From: Phoronis australis
Lineage: Eukaryota; Animalia; Phoronida
Length of the DNA: 64,000 nucleotides
NCBI GenBank assembly: GCA_002633005.1
Contig: NMRA01000013.1
Span: 446,347-510,346, forward strand
Reading direction: 5' to 3'
Shown here: positions 50,101 through 59,907 of the stretch, piece by piece
Numbering within the stretch: position 1 is the first letter of the stretch
Layout: each line of letters begins with the position of its first letter
Notes under the pieces: model-generated
Database searches by the model: none
Told to the model about the DNA's origin: nothing
Seen by the model: the letters and a program-made list of their open reading frames with translations, nothing else
Made by a program: the position numbers and the translations under genes

Positions 50101-53100
50101 ACCTATCGTCTGACGGGCTTACTTTTGTGTGATTGAACTTGTGTTTTCTTGTATTACTAAGGCTTTGCTAGGACTTTCTGGTTAGCCCAATTCATCTAAG
50201 ATAACAAAATTCCGTTGAAGTTAAGGCTTTAAGTTCTCAGTAATTACATAAGCGTAATTAGCAATTAAAAATGGAAAAATAACCATTATGGCAATTGTTT
50301 TTAAAAGTGCCACGTACATGACGTTCATATGTTACACACATGTAAATGTAACCAGGACATAACCTGAGTTGCATTCCGTTTACATGAGACACTCACCGGT
50401 GGCTGTAACGGAAACCTTGAATTTATCCCATAATTCAACATTCCAGCCTCGCCAACCAATGAGTGGCTGCTATTTTGGTCCCAAGCTTTCTCGCAAAACA
50501 CTCATGTTCCACCCGCGTGTTTTTGTGTGGTGTTCCCAAACTTGCAAGAAACTTGCTCTTACTCAGGGAAGTCTAGTTTATGGCAATACATGTAACATGT
50601 CAGTTCATATGAGGAAGTTTCTGATGGACACACTTTTGTGAAAAGTTTTCTTTTTTCGAAAAGTTTCTGTTGTAATTTGAAGCAATCACGTTAACAAAAT
50701 GAAACTGTTACTTTCAATTACATTTAGAATATAAATCTTGCCTCATGTTCAGTACTTTGTCAGTAGACAACTCTGGGATTAAAAAAAACCATCTACAGGT
50801 TTCTGGTTTGTAACGGGCTACATGTTGACTTGATTCAACAAGTCATTTCATGTACCAAGCATTTTTCAAGCAACTTTCTATTCTTCCCAAACCTAGAGAC
50901 TCTCTCACAAGTGAGCTATAAACAAATGGAAGTCTGTTTGATAGCTATAAGTGTTGTAAATAAAATATTAGTTGCTTTTACAGAAGGCGGGTTTATCGTG
51001 TCTTCCCACGTTAATAGGACCGTCCCGGATTACACTGGGGCACCTTAATCTTGTCGTATACCCACGATGCTGTAAATATCCATCAGGCACATTTGCTGCC
51101 TCGTTTTCATGTCACTGGAGTTTCACATGTTATTTGTTGTTGTCTGATTCTTTACAAGTTTTTCTCAGTTGCATTTATTTTACTTTCTTCATCTTTCCAA
51201 TGCCAACTAAATATCACTGCTGTGCTGTGGGCTGCAACTCCGACGGGAGAAAGTTTGATAAACTGGACAAATACCCGTGGATACGTGATCTGAAATTCTT
51301 CGCCTTCCCGACATCAATGGAAGACATGAAAGTGTGCATGATTTCCAAAACTAGGTCATGCAGTTTCTTATTACCAGGACGAAGGAGACTTCTATCACTG
51401 TGTAATCCAGCACGTCCCTATTGCATCACAACGCTCATCAGTACTTGTTTTAGTATGTACAGTTGCACATGACTCACTGTGTTCAATATCTCATTTCCAG
51501 CTCTGACCTCCAGGTGGCTCTGATGCGTTCATGCTGGACAGAGCTATTCATTCTGGGCCTATCACAGTGTTCAGATGTTATTCAACTGGCGGCTAGTCTG
51601 ACTGGCATCATCTCACACCTTCAACTATGTGTTCAACAGGGTAAGAGTGACAATGCTTGTTTTAAGCCAGGTTCCTTGGGCGGTTGGCAGTTTTCAATGT
51701 TGACAACAACATCTCATCATCTTGTTTTTATGAAACTGGTCTCAACTTATCAGTTACTGAGATCAGAAGTAATTTAGGGGCTTGGAAAACTGACACTGTG
51801 TTTGGTCCCAAAGATTGAATCAATGGTTAATTTGTGTAATATTCTTCATTTATTTTTGTGTCTTATGTGTTCTTATTTGTATAATTCTATTCTCAATTAT
51901 AATGTCATGGTTGTTTATCTACTGACATATGTTGGGTTGAATATTCTTTTATTATTTTAGCTGTGTTGTATGTATTTCTGTCTCAGTCTTCTGGATACAG
52001 TTTCTGTACATTGAAGAGGCTGGTGCCCAAGTGTACTGAATGTAATTAACCTTGCATTTCACCTTTGCAGGTAAGCTAGCCGCAGAACGCGTCGGTTGTG
52101 TGTCCGATAATATTATGAAACTACAGACATGCATTAATAGATTGAAGAGCATGAACATGGACAGTGTCGAGTACGCCTATCTCAAAGTGTTGGTGCTTTT
52201 TAGCCCAGGTTTGTATCTTCTTATTCGGCCAATAGATGGCACTGCTGGTGCAGCCCGAATGATTTTGTCTTGTGATTGTTTTTCAGATCTTACCAAGTTG
52301 TGTGTGCACTTCTAAGTTATGTAGTAATTTTACCTCTTTTGCTTTGTTTTTGTTATACTATTACTTTTGTTGTTGAATAGTTCAGACATCTAGCAATGAA
52401 TGCAGAAACTATGAAGGAACCATTTGCAATTTTCACAAGTGTTCTACTGTGTGCTTTAAGACGGGAGGGATCTAGGCTTGATGGTTGCATGGGCTACAGG
52501 TGTCATTAAAGTCGTGAATAAGATGTGAAAAGTCTAATTTAAAAGTTCAACGTTTTATTGCTTTGTCACTTTGTTAAAGATGTCATGCCAGAACAATCAA
52601 AAACGTTAATGGCACCGTGTTTCGTTGTCGGGAACATCTAGGCCCTTTTGTAATGACTGCTACATGCATACATTTTATGTAAACAAATCCTTGTGTATAA
52701 GAAGCCAATTTTTGTACTCGTTTGTAGGAACCGATAGACAGAAAAAGTGTACTTTAGGTGCAGTTGTGAAAATGGTAGTAGCTGTGCCTAAAATGGTGAA
52801 AATCATATTTTACAAGCATTACGCATGTCCTCCGTTTTGTGTGTTTAACATAAACAGATGCTAGAAGATGGATATTTTGTTCAGTGAGTCAGGTGTTTTT
52901 TACTTTGTGCAATTCGTAGATCATGGTGGTGTGCTGGGCTTGCGACATCTTGGGAAATATCAAGATCGTGCGATGACCGAGTTCTCCGAATACATCGCCA
53001 CCAAATACCCACTACAACCTGATCGCTTCTCCAAACTCTTGATGCGTCTGCCCAGTCTCCGTCTGCTGACGTCAGCCATCTTGGAAGAGCTGTTCTTTGC

Positions 53101-53215
53101 TGGAATCATTGGCAACGTTCAGATTGGCAGCATGGTGCCGTACATTCTCCGTGTGGGACCCACGGAGTACCAATCGCAATCTCAGCTCTTAGCCGGTACC
53201 GTCAGCAATTCTTAG
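40548..53215 (+). CDS. NR2C2: Nuclear receptor subfamily 2 group C (TR2/TR4, Hr78-type), 13 coding exons, about 760 aa
   Basis: Exons: 40548-41115, 42442-42554, 43425-43478, 43824-43938, 45304-45483, 46047-46177, 46991-47129, 47655-47836, 49008-49077, 49484-49640, 51501-51640, 52071-52208, 52920-53215 (2283 nt, phases consistent). C4 DNA-binding domain with P-box CEGCKG. NR2C-type motifs [64 protein letters not shown]. Probably a single pro-ortholog of NR2C1 and NR2C2. The N-terminal exons are less certain. Confidence 0.93.
41493..41895. mobile_element. MITE with CATAGA...GTCTATG ends; related end at 27230-27286
   Basis: 41843-41895 is a close reverse complement of 27230-27286 (tacatggaccgccaactccatata). 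Confidence 0.55.
42442..42554 (+). CDS. NR2C2: NR2C coding exon 2 ([16 protein letters not shown]...)
   Basis: ATA|gtaagt donor; acceptor is ambiguous (after 42441 or 42453, both keep phase). Confidence 0.65.
43425..43478 (+). CDS. NR2C2: NR2C coding exon 3 ([18 protein letters not shown])
   Basis: ttttcag/gtaagt boundaries; 54 nt, phase 0-0. Confidence 0.7.
43824..43938 (+). CDS. NR2C2: NR2C exon, start of zinc finger 1 ([10 protein letters not shown])
   Basis: tatag/gtaaat boundaries. Confidence 0.9.
45304..45483 (+). CDS. NR2C2: NR2C DNA-binding domain exon ([21 protein letters not shown]...)
   Basis: cag/gtaagt boundaries; C4 zinc fingers. Confidence 0.97.
46047..46177 (+). CDS. NR2C2: NR2C hinge exon (VQSERKP...[13 protein letters not shown])
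   Basis: ttacag/gtagga boundaries. Confidence 0.92.
46991..47129 (+). CDS. NR2C2: NR2C hinge exon (EGTPVTP...)
   Basis: tgcag/gtaacg boundaries; phase fits its neighbours. Confidence 0.8.
47655..47836 (+). CDS. NR2C2: NR2C exon ([13 protein letters not shown]...AFETLAKA)
   Basis: cttag/gtgagt boundaries. Confidence 0.92.
49008..49077 (+). CDS. NR2C2: NR2C exon (TGAGDASSG...VEID)
   Basis: ttttcag/gtgaga boundaries. Confidence 0.82.
49484..49640 (+). CDS. NR2C2: NR2C ligand-binding domain exon ([24 protein letters not shown])
   Basis: ctcag/gtgagt boundaries. Confidence 0.95.
51016..51330 (+). mobile_element. End of a THAP-encoding TIR transposon (ISL2EU-like) in an NR2C intron
   Basis: AT|AGGACCGTCCCGGATTACAC terminus followed by [15 protein letters not shown]...LKFFAFP (ATG at 51200). 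Confidence 0.65.
51501..51640 (+). CDS. NR2C2: NR2C ligand-binding domain exon ([17 protein letters not shown])
   Basis: ttccag/gtaaga boundaries. Confidence 0.94.
52071..52208 (+). CDS. NR2C2: NR2C ligand-binding domain exon ([16 protein letters not shown])
   Basis: tgcag/gtttgt boundaries. Confidence 0.94.
52920..53215 (+). CDS. NR2C2: NR2C last coding exon ([13 protein letters not shown]...EELFFAG)
   Basis: cgtag acceptor; TAG stop ends at 53215. Confidence 0.94.
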
Positions 53216-56200
53216 TGAGAATGTCTTACTGGCTGATGGTCTCCTTGAAAATATTCACATGATTCTATATTTTTAGTGTTCTTTGACATTGAAAAAAAAT
53301 CGGTTTTGTTTTTATCTGGTTGTTGTTGGCTGACTATCCAGTAAGCAGATGGCATACAAGCTGCTGTATGAACATTTAGTGTGTTGCGTTTTGTAGCTGA
53401 AGAATTTACAAAGGCTGTGATTTAGCAAACATTGTTGACATTAGTTTTTGAGAGATTTTTAAGACCCACGTAACCCTGATTTTGTCATTGACCAGCTGAA
53501 ATCAAAAACTGGACTAAATTGACTTCTTAGCAATGAATCATCCCATTAAAGCAGTCCATTAACACTGTTTGGTCCACGGTTTTATCTTGCTTATTTAGGA
53601 AAACTTTTTCGATGTATTAAAAAGCTTCCACTGCATTGGAAATAGGACTGCTCTGAGCATTAGAGAAAAAAAAATGTCAAGGATTCTTACCCTTGAGTCA
53701 ATGGCTTCTGTATAAACACAACTATTTAAGCCATTTAGTGCTAGTATCCTTTCCATGCATATTTTAATTCTCTGTTCTCTCAAATCTGCGTTATTGACGG
53801 AAAATCATTTGAAATGCTGGGATTTGAGCTTTCCAATGCTTTATTAATTTATTATGATTGTATATGCGGCTCTATTTTTGTTGATATCAACATGGCATGC
53901 TGTTACAGATACACGTAGTTCTTCATTTGTTTTGAAAAAATTATTTTGAAAATTGACATATTTAGTTTTTCAAAGATCGACTGTTTCTACCGAATTTTAT
54001 AGAGTATTGCTTTCTGGCAGCTGTACTGTCTAAATGTGCTACTTATAAAATAGGAATTTCTTAATGTTTATTTTTGTTGAGAATTTTCTATAAAAATTCC
54101 ATTTTTTCACTGTAGTGCACAATGTATGGATAATCGCCATAAATTTAATCTAAATAAGTGCTGACGTGAATTCGACGATTGGCCAGTAGCAGACACCATA
54201 GTTGCTGTTTCTCTGTATTTAATTTAAAAAGGTCTGATAAAAATGGCGGCTCTCAGTATGGTCTGTAAATTTCCGGTGCAGGTACTGGTGCTTTTGGCTT
54301 TCTGTAGTCATTTTGCATCCGCTCTCAAAATGTGGTTGTCTTAAATGGGTGATGGTCGCTGAATAGTTGTTAAAACATGTTTATAACTTATGATGCGTTA
54401 TGTAAATGTTTTTATTCTCTATGTTAACCGAAATTTTAAGTCCTGCTAGGAGCAAGGTGAGTTATGTTGTAAATATTTTAAATATTTGAAACTTGTTTGG
54501 AACTGGAAATCCACTCTGAGACTTGTCCCATTCCTGTGGATTCCACTGATATTCGATTTGTATCAGTCATTTGCAACTTGTATGCATCTTATCTGGCAAT
54601 AGTCACTTTCAAGCGTCCCACATTTTGAGAACCAGTTTGATGCCTATTAATCCTTGGAGAAAACTGGTTCTTAAAATACGGGACCCTTGTAAATATCTGA
54701 TAGGTGTTATCAGGTGTAATTTTTGTTGCGTTCCGTTTTCCATATTTGTTTACTGCAGGTGCTCCAAAAAAGTTTCTATTCAATTTACGATCCATCTAGT
54801 GATTGCTATTCAGATTTAGGCTAAGCAGTTTTCCTTAGTTGTATAAAATTATTGAAAAAATCAGAATGTGCTCCGATGTTCATCGTCTGATAAATTTGTA
54901 TTGCGTCGTCTAGTACTTTACAAGAACAATTCTCTCTTTAGCCATCCTGATGTGATGTCCGTGTACTAGCAGTAAATATATTCACCTGATTTTATTTATT
55001 TTACTTCAACAGGATTTGAGCTGTCGACGGTTTGAATAAGTGTATATGGGTTTGCTTGAAGTGATGGCTCAATAGCTTTGAATTTGGATGTAAGAACAGC
55101 TTAAGCTTTGTACATTTACGGTTGTTTTGTAGAACTCCATTAAATGGAGATTTAAGGCTGGCTTTCAGACTGTATGATGAATATATGTTAAATGCTGTGC
55201 ATTTTTAAATCTAATCCTAAGCTTTGCTTTTTGTGAAAACTTAGCACTTCAATCTACCATAATTGTGATTTTTTCAGTCTCTACATATTCCCATTCTCTT
55301 AGAAATGTTTCCGATTAGGTCGTTGTTTTTGTGCTACTCGTTGCTAAAAAGTTTACCCCCTTCCTAATATTTACATACACTGTACAAGTCTTTGCAGAAG
55401 TCTTCACCATATCTAATTGTTTCAGCCAACTGGTAGCATAACAATTGTACTAGATTGCAAATTGTCATCGATAAAAATTGATTCCTGTGAAAATTAATTT
55501 TTCATCTCATTTTTCCTAATAAAATACCTCCATGGGTGACGAATCCATTTTAACTGGGATTACAACCAAGCCTTTGTTCTGACCAGTTGCTGACTGAAGT
55601 GATCTCAACTTGTTCCATTTGAGTTCCTGGGATGAGAAGTGGTTTCTAGTCTTGTAAAGAATGACTTTGTTATTGGTCGTGACGATGCTTGGCGTGTCAG
55701 ATGACCCAATGTGACGGCCAACTTGCACAATCTAATCCCAAGCTTGAATAAACTGCAAGTTCCACTTAAGTGCAGAACAGTTTGAGACCACTTTCATAAC
55801 AGTAAAGGCCAGCACAGATTGTGAGCTGGGCACTTCAAATACAAATAAGCTGTGCTCATTGCTCACATCTGTGACAAAATGAACAGCAATTTTGCCTTGT
55901 AAGGCAGAGAGATGAATGACGAGATTGTTGGATTTATTTTATCTGTCAAGCATGCGGGCAAGGTGAGCTAAATGATTTGCTGATTACCTTCAGTAGCCAA
56001 AAAAAATTAATTTATTGTACCAGCACCACTTGGAAACATGGCATTCACCTTGTGTACTATATTTTCGCTGTTTACTAGCGAGCATTTTTTGGCGAGTCAA
56101 GCCATAAATCATGAGAACAACAGTTTCAGTTTCTCCAATATCATATTCTGAAATTAACCAAGTTTGGACATATGTCTCTAAGTTTTAAAAGTCAGCGCAA

Positions 56201-56440
56201 CTACGGTACATAGATTTTCATGTTCAACGTTTCGTTTGGCCATTCAGGCAAACAAAGCAGCTGCTCATTCACTCAATCAGCAGTAGAGCTGTGTTGCCTT
56301 GAATCTATAGTAGTCTACTGTGTTTGAGTATACTGACTTGTATGTTCGGTTTGTTCAGTTAGTTTTATTGCTGGAAACTGTAGAGTGTACATTGGTTTGT
56401 TGTCTTGGTAATGCTTTAGTGATTAACGCAAAATGTTAAC

Positions 56441-56557
56441 ATTAAAATCTACGTAGTTGCGCTGATTTTTTAAATGACCAAAATCGGTTTCAATTTCTAT
56501 GTTTACACATAACCTTCAGAAAAATAGGAAAATAGTAGTGTACATACATAGTTTATT
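56441..56557. terminator. Candidate convergent polyadenylation signals: ATTAAA (+, NR2C) at 56441 and AATAAA (-, ELK) at 56552-56557
   Basis: The hexamers are seen directly. The plus strand switches from T-rich to A-rich near 56.5 kb, as expected for opposed 3' UTRs. Other plus-strand AATAAA occur near 55518 and 55747. Confidence 0.45.
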
Positions 56558-58638
56558 GCACTGATACAAAACATCACTACTGTACACATGGAAAACAAAA
56601 AATAACAAAGGCAAACTGGAAGAGACAAGTGTAGAACATTGAAAATTTTTTGTTTACAATACATTTGTTGGAAAACGAGCATCTTTTATGTTCAACTACA
56701 CCGTTTAGTAACCAAATGTATTACCGTAGTAGCAGCAAATTCCTCTTGCAAACTAGCGAAGGAGAGTAATTGTACAAAAGAGGCAGTGCTGTAAGGCCTT
56801 TGGTAATTTACCAGGGAATGAAAGATGACGTCCGAATTCAGTCTGCCAATTAATGTACATCAGGTCATCACTTATGAGGTTGATTTGTTTCTCCGTACAC
56901 AGTCAATTACCTAACAGCCTATGGTGTTTCTAAGCTAACAACAAAGTCATAACCAGAGAACGGACAAGACATCCCTCTTGGGGAAACCATCTTCAGATAA
57001 TAATGCTTAGTCTCATCCATGCATAACTCACATCACACTAATATAGGAATACCACCTGGTGTCGCCAATGATTTCCCAAAAGAATCAATTTTCTGAAGTA
57101 CAGGATCCACTTTCTATACCAAGAGATTTGCATTCCAAATCCTTAATCAAGATATGCAAACCACTGAATCGCATGCCCAGCAATGAAACCAGAGAGCAGA
57201 ATCAATCAAACCAACTACAGGACTGATTTTACAGTCGGCTTCAACCAAAACTTAAGCACCTGTCTTGCAAACTTCTCAGTTCCACTGTCTCATACAGTAG
57301 ATCCAGTCATTTAGAAATCCAATTTTCCCTATACCTGACGTTACATAAGGCCCAATATCTGCAGAACCGATTCAAAACAGCCAGATGTCAATCATCAGAA
57401 AAGACATTTCGTCTACATGTGATTAATAACTCAATTATCGACAGAACATAAACATGATTGGCCACAACTAAATATCACATACATACATCACGGAACAACT
57501 GGCCAGCCAGTTCTGTCTCAAAATACAAATGTTTACAAAGCACACAAATCGTTACCATGGCAACACAGCTGCATCTGCCCACAGCAACCACCCAGGTGTT
57601 GCTAGTCAAAGCACACAACAACAGTCTATTTACATAACCATTGCAGCACAAAAAGACATTTTTAATTGGCACAAAAAACCTAAGAGACAAAGGCAAGAAC
57701 TGGGAACGCAACGTTCTCCAGCTAAAATTAAAATTAATCGACAAAAAGCCAACAGGTCAGTGTCCCAGAGACTACTTCAGTCCGGACACAGTTATTCACA
57801 CCAATGACGCCATTTTGAAACTTTTGATAAAAATATTTTCAAAGCTCAGGACTGTGACGAGACAGTTATAGTCACTAACCGGATGATAATTCAGATCGAC
57901 CTTTCCAGCATGAAAGATAATCTAATATTTCTATTGAAACTGGGGTGTAACAGCATCTACACACGTTACCCATGTGGTCCCAACAGTCAAAAGGGAAAAA
58001 AGAACAACAAAAAATAACAATAATGCATTTGATGCCAGCACAAGTCTAATATATATATTGTACAATTAAACTTAATGCAATATGCTGCAGACATCTACCT
58101 ACCAATGATAAGTAGACTATGATAAGCAGTGAACTTGTCCATACATACATCTTTGGTTATGTAAGACCTTAGAAATATCCCCACATTGGGTTAACTTTGG
58201 AACATCTCATAGAAATGGCTGTTCCAAAACGATAAGACAAAGCTTTGTACTTTCAGAAAACGCGTACTTTTACCGAGTCAATATCAGTAGTTTTATAGAA
58301 ACTTGGCTCGATGAACAAACTTTTGATGAGTTCCTACACAACCTTAACTTTTGCAGACAATTCACAAACATGGCAAGTTGAAAATACAACCATAAATATG
58401 TAATGTTCTCATAGTTTAAACTGATAACTATTAATATATAATCAGTTCTAAGTTGCTGACTTTAAATATAATTTATTCACAATACATATGGCAACATGAT
58501 ATCATGATTACAAAAATACGAAAATCAAAAATATGACTTTAATAATCTTACAATCTTAAGCTGTAATTTATCATCACAATTATAGGCCAGGATATGAAGT
58601 AGAGTATTAAGACAGATTAGTAACTGTTGGCAAATTGA

Positions 58639-59907
58639 TCATGAAACAGCATTTTTCACTGTAGGCGAACTTACAAATGCCGGTGAAGACAGATTCTCAA
58701 AACCACTGAACGTCGCGAGAGAAACAGGCGACAACGTAGCCAAGCCGTTGACAAATCCGGGAAACTGGAACGTTGTGCCGTTACTGAACCGTGGACTTAG
58801 AGTGGCTGCTGGGCTGAGTGAGCTCCAGAAGTGTAGACTGGACATCAACGGGGTGCCGGTAAATGGACTCGTCAGGAGAATGGGCGTCTGTATTGTTGGT
58901 AGCGATGTCTTAAGCGGCGACGGACTCGCAATGGACGCCATGTTGGAATTGAGGAGCAATGTGCTGGGCAGACTGAGGGGATTCGGTTTTGGTTTGCTGA
59001 TTGTTGACGGAGTTGACGAAGATGTCGAAGATGACGACGTCGAAGACGACGAAGCCGGCGGTGGGGATGATGACGATGAAAGAAATAGCGAGGCCGCGGA
59101 GGAATATGTTGGCGACCTGGGTTCTTCTTTCACAATCTTGCCTGGTGTTGAGCTCCTTGTTTCTTGACTCGCTTTTGAAGTCTGGGGCACCATCGTAATT
59201 GCAGGCGATGAACGAGCACTAGAGGGCGTCGAACGTTGGGGTGGCACTGGAGGAGGCTGCATGACAGAATTTAACGTTTTCGGCTCAGCTGGTACCGTCG
59301 CCATCTGTGGCTTACTCACCGGATGTGACAATGTTGGCACAGGCGGCATTTCATATCTAAAATACCCCGGAAATGTTGCTGCTGTTGCAGCTGCGTGGAC
59401 AACTGATGACTGGTTATACATGGGCTGCCAGTAGTTTCCCGATATTGTCGACGCTGGCACCCCTGCCCCTGATGCTACCACCTGCTGGAACGGGGTCGCG
59501 ACCTCGTATGGCTGGAATGAAGCGTAGTTTTGTGCAGCTGACACAGAGGGCGCCGCTGGCTGTCCACCTCGAATCGTCTGCTCCATGACTAAACTCTCAA
59601 TCTTCTGCTTGAATGGGATCTTATTCTCTGTTTTCACGACTTCTGGGAAAGACACGAAGCGATACATGAATTTCTGCCCCATCACTTTCTTGATGATGTT
59701 TTTGTCATAGTAATATCTCAGTGCACGACTCAGCTTATCATAGTTCATATTCTGCTTGTTCTTTCGCTGGCCCCACAGTTTGGCCACCTCTTCTGCATTG
59801 ATCAGTTTGAATTCTCCCTCCCCATTGGTCCACGCGATGATGTCACTGTACTGGTTGCTTAGCAACAACTCCAGCAAGAACTGCCACAGTGTGATGTTAG
59901 AGTCCAT
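58639..59907 (-). CDS. ELK3: ETS-domain ternary complex factor (ELK1/ELK3/ELK4 pro-ortholog), single coding exon, 422 aa
   Basis: N-terminal ETS domain [15 protein letters not shown]...[33 protein letters not shown]-site [10 protein letters not shown]-box [12 protein letters not shown] motif FQFP. An acceptor (tttcag) 5 nt upstream of the ATG indicates a 5'-UTR intron. Confidence 0.95.
   Translation of the reverse strand: MDSNITLWQFLLELLLSNQYSDIIAWTNGEGEFKLINAEEVAKLWGQRKNKQNMNYDKLSRALRYYYDKNIIKKVMGQKFMYRFVSFPEVVKTENKIPFKQKIESLVMEQTIRGGQPAAPSVSAAQNYASFQPYEVATPFQQVVASGAGVPASTISGNYWQPMYNQSSVVHAAATAATFPGYFRYEMPPVPTLSHPVSKPQMATVPAEPKTLNSVMQPPPVPPQRSTPSSARSSPAITMVPQTSKASQETRSSTPGKIVKEEPRSPTYSSAASLFLSSSSSPPPASSSSTSSSSTSSSTPSTISKPKPNPLSLPSTLLLNSNMASIASPSPLKTSLPTIQTPILLTSPFTGTPLMSSLHFWSSLSPAATLSPRFSNGTTFQFPGFVNGLATLSPVSLATFSGFENLSSPAFVSSPTVKNAVS

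Noticed and set aside
58748-59588. Plus-strand ORFs with acidic runs
   Set aside because: Antisense shadows of the Ser-rich ELK coding sequence.
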